Positions 36,385-45,250 of a stretch of 64,000 nt of DNA are shown in pieces; within the stretch, counting starts at the first letter, position 1, and every line of letters begins with the position of its first letter. Under the pieces are notes generated by a model. The model was not told the DNA's origin, did no database searches, and was given only the letters and a program-made list of their open reading frames with translations. A program made the position numbers and the translations under genes. The DNA comes from an uncultured Candidatus Berkelbacteria bacterium (GTDB taxonomy: Bacteria > Patescibacteriota > UBA1384 > UBA12157 > JAENIV01): contig OY969116.1 of assembly GCA_963698075.1 (NCBI GenBank), positions 83,881 through 147,880 of the forward strand. Direction: 5' to 3'.

Positions 36385-37608
36385 TTAGGGCAAAAATTGT
36401 TTAAAAAAGCCTTTGGCTTTACCTAGGATACCCGTGCCTCCCTCACCCGCAAATCTGGCTGACATATGCTCAAAACCCCAGAGCATCAAGCCGACACTTG
36501 TAGCATACACAGGATCAGATAGCTTGTCAACAAATCCCCCCAGTTCAAAACTTTGTCGACCCAACTCCGCCGGCAACCGTAAATATTCTTTCGTCGCTTC
36601 GACTAAATCTTCTAACTTCGAGCCCCCGCCTGTCAAGACCACCCCAGCCGGAAGCATCCCATCTTTGCCAATGGTTCTTAATTCTTGACCAACGAGCGAG
36701 AAAATTTCTCCTAATCTTGCCTGAACAATTTCACTTGTATATTTTCTTTCGATTTTTTCGGTCTCGCCGGCGTCAAATTCTCTTAAACTAATTGTTTCGG
36801 ATTCACGAATTTTATCAGGGATGGCTGAGGCATATTTGATTTTAATTTTTTCGGCTGTCTCCACGGAGGTCCTCAGGCCAATGGCTAAATCATTGGTAAT
36901 ATGACCTGAGCCAATTGGCAATACCGCCGCGTGCAAAATGTCGCCTTCTTCAAAGATAACAATTGAAGCAGTTCCTCCGCCAATATCTAAAAGACAGGCT
37001 CCAATTTCTTTTTGTTTTTTGGAAATCAAACTTTGGGCTGTCGCTAGCGGCGCAAAAACTAAATCTTCCACATCAAGGCCGGCTTGATAGACACATTTAG
37101 TCAAATTTTTGATTGCCCCAGTTGCTCCGGAAATGACCAACGCCTCCACCTCCAACCGAATACCGGTCATCCCGACTGGATCCTCAATTTTTTCTTGACC
37201 ATCAACAGTAAAAGAACGGGGAAGACAGTGCAGAATCTCACGATTGGGTGGCAAAGCGACGGTCCTGGCGGCCTCGATGACTCTCTCGACATCTGAGGCA
37301 GTAATTTCTCCATCGGCTCTGGCGACAGCGACCACTCCTTTAGAAAGACTAGTTTGAATATGTGGTCCGGAAATTCCGACAACGCCCGCGGAAATTCTCC
37401 TGGCCGAAATTGTCTCTAATTTTTCCAGAGCCTCAGAGATACTCGAGACCGTGTCTTCAATATCAACCACCACGCCCTTGCGGACACCGTTGTTAGGGAC
37501 TTTAACGAACCCGGCGATATTGATCATTCCCTCAACAATCTCTCCACAAGTGATGGCCACTTTGGTGGAGCCGACATCTAAACCTACATAGAGATTGTCT
37601 TTGGGCAT
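36385..37608 (-). CDS. ftsA: cell division protein FtsA
   Basis: actin-fold motifs GLDVGSTKV, DIGGGT; 407 aa; immediately upstream of ftsZ. Confidence 0.9.
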   Translation of the reverse strand: MPKDNLYVGLDVGSTKVAITCGEIVEGMINIAGFVKVPNNGVRKGVVVDIEDTVSSISEALEKLETISARRISAGVVGISGPHIQTSLSKGVVAVARADGEITASDVERVIEAARTVALPPNREILHCLPRSFTVDGQEKIEDPVGMTGIRLEVEALVISGATGAIKNLTKCVYQAGLDVEDLVFAPLATAQSLISKKQKEIGACLLDIGGGTASIVIFEEGDILHAAVLPIGSGHITNDLAIGLRTSVETAEKIKIKYASAIPDKIRESETISLREFDAGETEKIERKYTSEIVQARLGEIFSLVGQELRTIGKDGMLPAGVVLTGGGSKLEDLVEATKEYLRLPAELGRQSFELGGFVDKLSDPVYATSVGLMLWGFEHMSARFAGEGGTGILGKAKGFFKQFLP

Positions 37609-37681
37609 TCGACACCCTCCTGTTTACATTCTTGCTTCAATCATAACAAAAAATTCGTTTTTATCAAAATTTCCTTGAAAC

Positions 37682-38023
37682 TCAATGATGTTTGCCAATA
37701 AGATGTCTCAAAGAATGTCTAACGAGCTTCTCGAGCCGCCCAGCAAGACTAGTTTCTTGGGGACAAATAATGATATCCCCCAAGTCAATCTCCCCTCTTT
37801 TAGGCATTTCCTCGGGGTTTGGCCAGATGGGAAAACTTAAAACATCAGTTGACTCATCACGCTGGCGATATTTTTTGTTTAAGTCGCGTATTTTTTGGCT
37901 CGAGACAAATTGGACATTAACCGAAGCTTGAGGATTAATTCGATATTTTTCTAAAAAATCTTTTACTACTTTTTTAATTAATAAGTGATACCGAAGGGGA
38001 ACATTAATAAAATTTGTCTGCAT
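37682..38023 (-). CDS. ybeY: endoribonuclease YbeY
   Basis: DVLSFP ... HSLRHLIGKHH (HxxxH...H zinc motif); start placed at the internal Met MQTNF. Confidence 0.75.
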   Translation of the reverse strand: MQTNFINVPLRYHLLIKKVVKDFLEKYRINPQASVNVQFVSSQKIRDLNKKYRQRDESTDVLSFPIWPNPEEMPKRGEIDLGDIIICPQETSLAGRLEKLVRHSLRHLIGKHH

Positions 38024-38033
38024 TTTTTCTAAA

Positions 38034-38489
38034 TCAATTTGAAAGCTCTTCTTTGACGATTCGTGAAACCGTGGCGCCGTCAGCTTGGCCCTTAAGTTCC
38101 GCCATAATCGGGCCCATAACTTTGCCCATATCTTGGGGGCCAGACGCACCAACTTTTGCGATTGTCTTTTTAACTTTAACGCGAATTTCTTCCTCTGATA
38201 CCGGCGCTGGCAGATACTTTTTGAGAATCTCAATTTCACCTTTTTCTTTACTGGCTAACTCCTCGCGGCCACCTTGTTGATACATTGCAATTGAATCTTG
38301 GCGGGATTTGACCTCTTTTTGAATCACCCCGACAACATCACTGTCTTGCGGCTCTTTTTGCTGGGCACGATTGGCAATTTGCCAATTATGGATGGCTGAT
38401 TTTACCATTCTCAAAGTTGAGACCCTTATCTCATCTTTAGATTTCATCGCTTCGGCTAAATCTTGATCAATTTGTTGAAGTAATGGCAT
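38034..38489 (-). CDS. GatB/YqeY-domain protein
   Basis: 151 aa; matches the YqeY-type pattern. Confidence 0.7.
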   Translation of the reverse strand: MPLLQQIDQDLAEAMKSKDEIRVSTLRMVKSAIHNWQIANRAQQKEPQDSDVVGVIQKEVKSRQDSIAMYQQGGREELASKEKGEIEILKKYLPAPVSEEEIRVKVKKTIAKVGASGPQDMGKVMGPIMAELKGQADGATVSRIVKEELSN

Positions 38490-38499
38490 AACTTTCCTT

Positions 38500-38652
38500 T
38501 TAGTGAGTCAAATACCCTCAAAAGTGGCTATCGCAGGCCGAAAAGCAAGGTTTCTGAGCGTAGCGAAGAATTTTTGGCCGAGATCGCAGGCACCGATTGC
38601 GCGCTGGAGCAATCGTAGTGCCGGCATCTTTTGACGGGTATTGGCGAGCGAA
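38500..38652 (-). repeat. ~150-nt structured MITE/REP-like repeat, copy C (inverted relative to copies A and B)
   Basis: reverse complement is ~85-90% identical to 59645-59780 and 62128-62275 (CGTCAAAAGATGCCGGCACTACGATTGCTCCAGCGCGCAATCGGTGCCTGCGATCTCGGCCAAAAA...CTTTTGAGG). Confidence 0.5.
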
Positions 38653-38655
38653 TAC

Positions 38656-38877
38656 TTAATATCCTCTTTTAATTTTACGTCTGATGGCTTTACGCCGCGC
38701 GGCCTCCCTGATTCTTTCGCGTGATAATACTCTTTCGCGAAAACGTCTTTTTTTCATTTCCGTCAATATCCCGCTTTGCTGGACATCACGAAAAAAGCGC
38801 CTGAGCATCACTTCAAATGGTTCGCCGCTTCTTTGGCCTCTATCCTGACCTTGATAACGTTGTGTTCTGTAATCCAA
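38656..38877 (-). CDS. rpsU: 30S ribosomal protein S21
   Basis: GEPFEVMLRRFFRDVQQSGILTEMKKRRF... ; TTG start. Confidence 0.75.
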   Translation of the reverse strand: MDYRTQRYQGQDRGQRSGEPFEVMLRRFFRDVQQSGILTEMKKRRFRERVLSRERIREAARRKAIRRKIKRGY

Positions 38878-38930
38878 ACTGATTCACCACCTTCCAATGA
38901 GATAATTATATCATCTGAATTTAATATTGT

Positions 38931-39269
38931 CTATAAGTTGTGTTGGCCCTTACCGCTTAAGAGATGAAGGTGAAGATGGTCAACTATTTGGCCAGCACCC
39001 CTACCGGAGTTAATAACAATTCGAAACCCTTCTTTGGCAAACCCCTTATCTTTGGCGATTTTTCTGGCAACAAAAACCAGTTTGCCAGCCAGTAATTCCT
39101 CTTTCTGGGTTAATTCATTCAGTGAAGCTATGTGTTTTTTGGGAACAATCAAAATATGGACTGGCGCCTTAGGATTAATGTCATCAAAAGCAATAACATC
39201 TTCGTCTTCGTATTGAATTTTCGCCGGAACTTTTTTGGCGGCAATTTGGCAAAAAACGCAATCATTCAT
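38931..39269 (-). CDS. HIT-family (histidine triad) protein
   Basis: HLHLHLL histidine triad. Confidence 0.85.
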   Translation of the reverse strand: MNDCVFCQIAAKKVPAKIQYEDEDVIAFDDINPKAPVHILIVPKKHIASLNELTQKEELLAGKLVFVARKIAKDKGFAKEGFRIVINSGRGAGQIVDHLHLHLLSGKGQHNL

Positions 39270-39685
39270 ATTACCCTCTTCCCCCTCAAATATTTAACCC
39301 AATTTTCTTTAATCCATCTCTTTTCTAATTTTAGCAGATCTTTCAAGCCGCGGTCTACTAATTCGCGGCGCACCACCCCGCCTTGATGAGGATAGTGATG
39401 ATATTGCTCATGAGGAGAACAAAACCCATGGGCGTAGTGGGTTAATTCATGGGCTAAAACACCGTCAATCACAAATTCAGGAATTTCTGGATCAATAAAA
39501 AAGCCGTTAATAGTAATAATAGTATTAGGGTTATCTTTGCGCCGACCAAATTTAATCGATCCTAACCGTGTTCTCGTCGGCCGACCGAACTTAACAAAAA
39601 CATTATTGGCCACGGCGACATCAGGAAAATATCTCTGCCAGATCATCGCCAGTCTATTTTTAAGCCATTTATGATCGCGTTCCAT
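39266..39685 (-). CDS. HExxH zinc-metallohydrolase-like protein (YgjP/DUF45- or SprT-like)
   Basis: AHELTHYAHGF. Confidence 0.5.
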   Translation of the reverse strand: MERDHKWLKNRLAMIWQRYFPDVAVANNVFVKFGRPTRTRLGSIKFGRRKDNPNTIITINGFFIDPEIPEFVIDGVLAHELTHYAHGFCSPHEQYHHYPHQGGVVRRELVDRGLKDLLKLEKRWIKENWVKYLRGKRVI

Positions 39686-39697
39686 AGTTTAATTCTA

Positions 39698-40930
39698 TCA
39701 TTTTTTACGATAATATTTTCTACCTTTTAAATTCTTCGGCAAGAACTCGAGTTTTTTCTGAAAATCTTGATCATCCGTCCATTTATACCCTTTGCCATAA
39801 CCTAAATCTTCCATTAAATCCGTAACCGGATTTCTTAAATGTAACGGCACTGGCTCCAGACGTTTTTCGTCAATGTCTTTCATTGCCGCCATTAGTCCGT
39901 CATATGACGCTCGGGATTTTGGAGCCGTGGCTAAATAAGTAGTACATTGGGCCAGAATTATTCCTGCCTCCGGCATCCCCACCATATGAACGGCTTGCAT
40001 TGTTGCCGTGGCCACAACTAAAGCCGTTGGTAAGGCATTACCAATATCTTCGGAGGCAAAAATCACCATTCGTCGGGCAATAAAAACCGGATCTTCGCCG
40101 GCTTTAATCATCCGCGCTAACCAATACAAAGAAGCATCCGGGTCAGAACCGCGCATTGATTTAATGAAAGCGGAAATCGTATCGTAATGCCAATCGCCTT
40201 TTTTATCATAGTAAATCGCCTTTTTTTGGACCGCTTCTTCAGCCACCTTTAAAGTAATATTTTTCGAGGTATAGGCGGCTAATTCTAAAGCATTGAGAGC
40301 AGTTCTGGCATCCCCGTTAGCTTTTTTAACAATAAAATCAAGGGCATTTTTTTCGAATTTATGCTTAGGAAAATACTTTAAAGCCCGCCGGATGAGTATG
40401 GCAACATCTTGATCAGTCAGGGCATTTAAAACAAAAACTTGAGAGCGCGAAATCAAGGGCGCATTGACTTCAAAGGCAGGATTTTCAGTGGTGGCGCCAA
40501 CTAGAATAATCGACCCGTTTTCCACAAACGGTAAAAATGCATCTTGTTGGGCTTTATTAAAACGGTGAATTTCATCAACAAAAAGAATCGTTCTCGTTTT
40601 GTTAAACTTGAGACGATCTTGCCCTTCCTTGGTAATCCGACGAATATCCGCTACACCGGCGGTCACTGCCGAAAACTGTTCGAAAAAAGACTTTGTGTAT
40701 TTGGCAATCAACCGTGCCAGAGAAGTTTTCCCCGAACCCGGTGGGCCCCATAAAATTACCGAAGAGATCTGGCCTTTTTCGATCATTTTTCGCAAGGGCT
40801 TATTCTTGCCAACAATATGTTCTTGGCCGACAAATTCTTCCAAGGTCTTCGGCCGCATTCTCTCGGCCAAGGGGGCGACCGAGCGGATGGTGCTTTCTAA
40901 GTTTTGCTCAAAGAGATCGGGCGTCTTCAT
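39698..40930 (-). CDS. rarA: replication-associated recombination protein A (AAA ATPase RarA/MgsA)
   Basis: [13 protein letters not shown] Walker A; [16 protein letters not shown] Walker B/sensor; start uncertain (ATG 40930 or TTG 40957). Confidence 0.8.
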   Translation of the reverse strand: MKTPDLFEQNLESTIRSVAPLAERMRPKTLEEFVGQEHIVGKNKPLRKMIEKGQISSVILWGPPGSGKTSLARLIAKYTKSFFEQFSAVTAGVADIRRITKEGQDRLKFNKTRTILFVDEIHRFNKAQQDAFLPFVENGSIILVGATTENPAFEVNAPLISRSQVFVLNALTDQDVAILIRRALKYFPKHKFEKNALDFIVKKANGDARTALNALELAAYTSKNITLKVAEEAVQKKAIYYDKKGDWHYDTISAFIKSMRGSDPDASLYWLARMIKAGEDPVFIARRMVIFASEDIGNALPTALVVATATMQAVHMVGMPEAGIILAQCTTYLATAPKSRASYDGLMAAMKDIDEKRLEPVPLHLRNPVTDLMEDLGYGKGYKWTDDQDFQKKLEFLPKNLKGRKYYRKK

Positions 40931-40960
40931 CGTATTTGTATCATAACAAATCCTCAAAAC

Positions 40961-40984
40961 AAAAAAAGACCTTTGGGTCTTTTA
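40961..40984 (-). terminator. AAAAAAAGACC-TTTG-GGTCTTTT bidirectional hairpin
   Basis: read in the sequence. Confidence 0.55.
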
Positions 40985-41153
40985 GGTATAATACAAAATT
41001 CCTCTCCCACTCGCACAACGCCTGCCCGCCGTAGCTCGCACTGTAAGTAGAGGACGTAGTCCCTTTTACAGTAAGAGCGCAGGTGGGGCATCTTTTTTAG
41101 TACTAAAAACTATTCCCTAACAAGAAAAACGGCTTCCTGCGGGAGAATAATCT

Positions 41154-41483
41154 TTACTTTACCTTGTAAACGGCGTCGTCTTCGCGCACTTTGTCGGAGA
41201 CCTTGACACCAATGACATCGCCTTTTTTGGCGCTCTCGACATCTTTGTGGTTGATCTGGATCGAATCAATGGTTTGGTCAATGTCGGTGGTGTGGCCTTT
41301 GATTTTGACTTTGTCACCGACGGCCAGTTTGTCTTTGAGTTTGACAATGCCAACGCCTAACTTTGAGTAGTAGTGCTCAATACAGCCGACACACTTGCCC
41401 TCAACTTTTTTCTCCGCTTTTTTAGCCGCACCTTTTTTGGCCGTTCCTTCGCATGTTTTTTCTTCACATTTTCCGCAAGACAA
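41154..41483 (-). CDS. small protein: N-terminal Cys cluster (zinc-ribbon-like) plus an EF-Tu-domain-2-like beta-barrel
   Basis: CGKCEEKTCEG...CVGC, then GVGIVKLKDKLAVGDKVKIKG...VESAKKGDVIGVKV; TTG start after GGAGGTGA. Confidence 0.45.
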   Translation of the reverse strand: MSCGKCEEKTCEGTAKKGAAKKAEKKVEGKCVGCIEHYYSKLGVGIVKLKDKLAVGDKVKIKGHTTDIDQTIDSIQINHKDVESAKKGDVIGVKVSDKVREDDAVYKVK

Positions 41484-41603
41484 TTTTTATCACCTCCCTT
41501 CGTAATTTAATTATAGCAGGAAATATTTAATATTCAACAAGATACCTTGATATTTTAATCTAATCTGATATAATGGGCTCAAATCCCAACAGGAGGGATC
41601 GGG

Positions 41604-41948
41604 ATGAAGATTCTGGTGGCTGATGACGATCCTACATGGCGTCGGATTAACGCCAGGTACCTTGCCGAGGCTGGGCACGAGGTAGTTGAGGCCAAGGACG
41701 AACTGGAGGCCATGGCATTTTTTCGCCAAGACATCAATGGTTACGGCGCTGTGGTGTCTGACAACGATATGGTCCAGCAAGGTGCGGGGATTAACATTCT
41801 TAAGGAAATGAAGGAGCTTCGACCAACGGGATTGCGTTGCGTGCTGATAACCGGCAGGGATATCAAGACACTTCCCGAATGGATTGATCAACTCGTCGAC
41901 AAAGCGGACTTTTCGAAAGAGGCATTGCTCGCGGCCATCACCGCCTAA
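41604..41948 (+). CDS. stand-alone response-regulator receiver (REC) domain protein
   Basis: MKILVADDD...; AGGAGGG RBS; GC about 52%. Confidence 0.8.
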   Translation: MKILVADDDPTWRRINARYLAEAGHEVVEAKDELEAMAFFRQDINGYGAVVSDNDMVQQGAGINILKEMKELRPTGLRCVLITGRDIKTLPEWIDQLVDKADFSKEALLAAITA

Positions 41949-41974
41949 CAACATCGAGACTTACCACAGCGACC

Positions 41975-42003
41975 AGAGGGTTCAAACAATGAACCCTCTT
42001 TTG
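41975..42003 (+). terminator. AGAGGGTTCA-AACAA-TGAACCCTCT-TTTT
   Basis: 10-bp stem plus T4. Confidence 0.7.
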
Positions 42004-42030
42004 AGTTTAATCGGATTTGACTTTAGACAC

Positions 42031-42059
42031 TTGACAAAAGGGCTAAAGTGTGCTACAAT
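42031..42059 (+). promoter_or_regulatory. sigma70 promoter TTGACA-17-TGcTACAAT (extended -10)
   Basis: read in the sequence. Confidence 0.5.
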
Positions 42060-42064
42060 ATGGG

Positions 42065-42093
42065 GTCTTTCGCCAGTGCGGAAGACTTTTTTT
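42065..42093 (+). promoter_or_regulatory. promoter-proximal hairpin GTCTTTCG-CCAGTG-CGGAAGAC plus U7 at the 5' end of the lytic transglycosylase transcript
   Basis: read in the sequence; a paralogous element lies at 44533-44561. Confidence 0.4.
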
Positions 42094-42157
42094 AACCTTG
42101 AAATTCGTCTTTCTGGTCTTACTTACTCCTAACAGGGTAGGATAAGGTGCAGATAAG

Positions 42158-42853
42158 GTGATTTCAAGAATAAGGACTTCTTCAAACATGTTAACCAAAA
42201 TTGTCTCTGGAACGTACTTTCACAACTTCGTCAAAAATAAATTTACCAAGATTTCGGCTGCCAGCATGATCGTTAAAATGCTTTTAGTGGTCGCGATCTT
42301 CGGTTTAGAACCAGTCAACAGCCATCAAACCTACAATACGGCCGTCAAGTTAGATAGTAATTCACCGACCGCGTTAGCTGGTAAAGATCGCCAAGTTGCG
42401 ATTGAATCTAGCGTTTCCAACTTCGACGCCAAAAAAAGCGCTGCATTACGCGGTCAAATCGCCTACGCTCGACACATTGAATCACCTGCGGGAATCGAAA
42501 ACTATATCGGATTGTATAAAGACGCGGCTGCTCGCTATGGTATTCCGTGGAATGTTTTAGCCGCTGTCCACTATGTCGAGTCTGGCGCTTCCGGTTCAAC
42601 CGACCGTTCATCCGGCGCCGGCGCTCAAGGTCCAATGCAGTTTATGCCTGGTACCTGGAGAGCTTACGGTGTTGATGCTGACGGTGACGGTGTCGCTGAT
42701 GCCACCAATGTTAATGACGCTGTCTATGGTGCGGCTAACTTGTTAGCCGCGGGTGGTGCTGCTGAAGGTAACGTTGATGGTGCTTTGTTCAACTACAACC
42801 ACGCTCAGTGGTATGTAAATAAGGTGAATGAAGTTGCCTCTAGCATCCAATAA
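42158..42853 (+). CDS. lytic transglycosylase (MltB/SLT_2-like) with N-terminal TM
   Basis: GPMQFMPGTW motif; start uncertain (GTG 42158 or ATG 42188). Confidence 0.7.
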   Translation: MISRIRTSSNMLTKIVSGTYFHNFVKNKFTKISAASMIVKMLLVVAIFGLEPVNSHQTYNTAVKLDSNSPTALAGKDRQVAIESSVSNFDAKKSAALRGQIAYARHIESPAGIENYIGLYKDAAARYGIPWNVLAAVHYVESGASGSTDRSSGAGAQGPMQFMPGTWRAYGVDADGDGVADATNVNDAVYGAANLLAAGGAAEGNVDGALFNYNHAQWYVNKVNEVASSIQ

Positions 42854-42952
42854 GGATCTAAGCAACTCCAAAAAGAGCCCCTCTGTTCGCCAATTGGACA
42901 AAGGCTCTTTTTGGTATGGAAAATTAATATGCGGAAGCCGGCCCAACTTCCG

Positions 42953-43906
42953 TCAGGCCGGCTCATCAGGTTCGTCACTTGTCTCCTCTCCGAAGAGCGA
43001 AACAGGCTTACCGGCTTCGGCGATCTCGCCTTGCTTTAACGTAAGCTGGGCTTGTAGATCGCCCAGCTTACTAGCCGCCGTTCGGACACGGGCTTCAGCG
43101 GCTTCGAGCTCGCCTCGGGCGCTCTCGATTTGGGCTTCCAGCCGTCGTCCATCTTCCTCGAGCTTTCTCAGGCGGGTGTAAGCCTGGTTCTGATATTGAG
43201 AAGCGGCGAGCTCTAGGAGAATTTCAGTAGGGGCATAGCGCTTCTCATCCTGCGAGTCTGGCATCAACAACCCTCTTGCTACCAGCCTTGGTACGATAAA
43301 GCGGAGAGTGTTGGCGTGACTAACGTTTCCACTCCTCACACGCCGACTCGCTGCCTGTCTGATCATCTCAAGGGTGAAGCACTCCTCTCCCTCTGTCTTC
43401 ATATCCTCATAGAGTTGGAGGGCGATCACTCTTCTGCCGCCGAAGCCCGTCAGGTCGTCAGCGAGTTCGTTCCATTGCTCAACCCAAGCTTGATGTTGCT
43501 GGCGTCTGTTCTTTGATCTCGCTGCTTGGGCCTCCTCTTCGGCATACCGCTCCTTATGACGCTCCATCCAAGCAACCAGTTCTGGCTTGGCCGATCGGAG
43601 GATGCTTTCGGCGATCGCGACGGATGGGCAAAGGAGGAAGCACTTCCAGCGGTAGAGATTACCTTGAGGCTTTGTCCGGAGTTCAAGAGCCACCGGGTTA
43701 GACTCATTGAAGCAGAAGGCCTCTACCTCGGGAGTGTAGCTTGATCCCTTCATCCGTCGGGCTTCAACGAATAGGAGGTATTCATGCCTCTGGTCTGGCT
43801 GGGGAAAGATCTGCTGGAGCCAGAGGGCCACGGCGTGTTCGAAGCTTGGCTCATCGACTGTGTAGCTATGCTGGCCAAGCAGCTTAGCCTTCACGAGATG
43901 CGGCAT
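42953..43906 (-). CDS. GC-rich (~57%) hypothetical protein with a C-terminal coiled coil
   Basis: 317-aa ORF; flanked by ~60-nt direct repeats that share an exact 16-mer GGCTCTTTTTGGTATG (42904-42919 and 44048-44063). Confidence 0.5.
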   Translation of the reverse strand: MPHLVKAKLLGQHSYTVDEPSFEHAVALWLQQIFPQPDQRHEYLLFVEARRMKGSSYTPEVEAFCFNESNPVALELRTKPQGNLYRWKCFLLCPSVAIAESILRSAKPELVAWMERHKERYAEEEAQAARSKNRRQQHQAWVEQWNELADDLTGFGGRRVIALQLYEDMKTEGEECFTLEMIRQAASRRVRSGNVSHANTLRFIVPRLVARGLLMPDSQDEKRYAPTEILLELAASQYQNQAYTRLRKLEEDGRRLEAQIESARGELEAAEARVRTAASKLGDLQAQLTLKQGEIAEAGKPVSLFGEETSDEPDEPA

Positions 43907-44117
43907 TGCGGTTACCTCGCCTTCTGGTTAACGTTCGCCCAATAAAAAAATACAGCGCCTGATGTTAATTAGCAAGTAGGCAACCGTCACCTGGCCCTTT
44001 GCAGCTTGCCTGTTGGAGAAAATATCCTCTGTCCGCCTTTCGGACACGGGCTCTTTTTGGTATGAGAAAGCCGGCGCTAACGGGCGCCGGCGAATGGTTG
44101 TTATAGTTGGGCTGTTA

Positions 44118-44498
44118 TCAAATGCTTACGATTGCATAGATAACTAACAATGCCATTATGGCGGTGACGACCGAGAAGGCAAAATCCATACCTCGATCTT
44201 CGCGGTCCGCCTTCTCCCAATTGGGAGCTGTTAGGATGAGCGCCCATCCGGTAGCAGACATCACTGCCACTTGGAAAAGACAAATCCCCAGGAAGATGCG
44301 GGGATGGTTAGAGGCTGTACCGGTGATAACCGTGATCATCTCAAGCAGAAAAAAGGATATGCCGAAACGATAGCAGAGACGATGCATTCGCTGGCGAAAT
44401 TCGTATCGCCTGTCAGTTAAGTTCCGGCAGTTCATCTCATCCTCCAGGAGTTTATTAATTCTATTTTCGCATGTAAAAGGCCTAATTGGCAAATCCAC
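44118..44498 (-). CDS. hypothetical membrane protein (126 aa)
   Basis: C-terminal TM helices. Confidence 0.4.
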   Translation of the reverse strand: MDLPIRPFTCENRINKLLEDEMNCRNLTDRRYEFRQRMHRLCYRFGISFFLLEMITVITGTASNHPRIFLGICLFQVAVMSATGWALILTAPNWEKADREDRGMDFAFSVVTAIMALLVIYAIVSI

Positions 44499-44527
44499 TT
44501 GACAAAAAACGATCCTTATGCTATGCT
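44499..44527 (+). promoter_or_regulatory. sigma70-like promoter TTGACA-17-TATGCT
   Basis: read in the sequence. Confidence 0.4.
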
Positions 44528-44532
44528 CGGGT

Positions 44533-44561
44533 GTCTTCTGCTAAGCGCGGAAGATTTTTTT
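44533..44561 (+). promoter_or_regulatory. promoter-proximal hairpin GTCTTC-N11-GAAGAT plus U7, directly 5' of the RBS of the glucosaminidase gene
   Basis: paralogous to 42065-42093. Confidence 0.4.
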
Positions 44562-44574
44562 AATGAGGAGAAAA

Positions 44575-45204
44575 ATGTTGGTTTTAATCCCAAGATTAAT
44601 CGCCCAATTTGGGCCAAAAATTAAAAAGCTTTTCACAAGGAATTATCGGCTCCGAATTCCTCACTTAAAGATAGCTTCAAACCTAATATCTGTTTTTTTC
44701 ATTTTCGCCATGTTGCCATTAGTCGGTCTTGTAGGTGAAGCCAACTATTTAGATTCTAATTCAACGACCGTTAAGTTAGATACCAATAATCCTTTTGCCG
44801 TAACTGAACCTGATAGAACCGTCAATATCTCCGTCGGTATTTCGCGCTACGAGCTAGCTCGACGCGGAATGACTCATGATCCGGTCCAGATAAAGCTTTT
44901 AATCCAGGAAATCGCTCCTGAATACGGGGTTGATTGGCGCCTGGTTTATGCCATCGGCTATCTTGAATCAGGTAATTTTAACTCGACGCTGGCTCGCTAT
45001 CAAAACAACTTCTTTGGCCGCAAAGCTTCTTCCGGCGTTTATGCCTCCTGGCCGAATACTCTTGAAGCCATTAACAACCAATGTGAATACTTAAAGACTC
45101 GTTATATAGATAGGGGTCTTGATACTCCTTACGAAATGAATCATGTTTACGCCGAATCAGACACTTGGGGTGCCAAAGTCACTGGCATTATGAACTCTTT
45201 GTAA
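44575..45204 (+). CDS. N-acetylglucosaminidase/muramidase (GH73 FlgJ/LytD-like) with N-terminal TM
   Basis: AIGYLESGNFNSTLARYQNNFFGRKA; its N-terminal propeptide resembles that of 42158-42853 (T..VKLD.N.P.A....DR.V.I). Confidence 0.65.
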   Translation: MLVLIPRLIAQFGPKIKKLFTRNYRLRIPHLKIASNLISVFFIFAMLPLVGLVGEANYLDSNSTTVKLDTNNPFAVTEPDRTVNISVGISRYELARRGMTHDPVQIKLLIQEIAPEYGVDWRLVYAIGYLESGNFNSTLARYQNNFFGRKASSGVYASWPNTLEAINNQCEYLKTRYIDRGLDTPYEMNHVYAESDTWGAKVTGIMNSL

Positions 45205-45229
45205 AAAAACACAGCCCGCTTGGGGCTGT
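45204..45229 (-). terminator. CACAGCCC-GCTT-GGGCTGTG with a minus-strand U7
   Basis: read in the sequence. Confidence 0.55.
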
Positions 45230-45250
45230 GGGTCAAGTTCGATGGCGATC

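Noticed and set aside
41010-41120. Possible tRNA gene
   Set aside because: It has a D-arm-like GTAGCTC, but no GTTCRANYC T-loop and no 7-bp acceptor pairing on either strand.
41511-41954. 147-aa ORF on the minus strand
   Set aside because: It is antisense to the REC-domain gene, which has a strong RBS and a canonical MKILVADDD N-terminus.
42066-42157. c-di-AMP (ydaO) riboswitch upstream of the lytic transglycosylase
   Set aside because: The leader between the TSS and the hairpin-U7 is only about 30 nt, which is too short for the ~130-nt ydaO aptamer.
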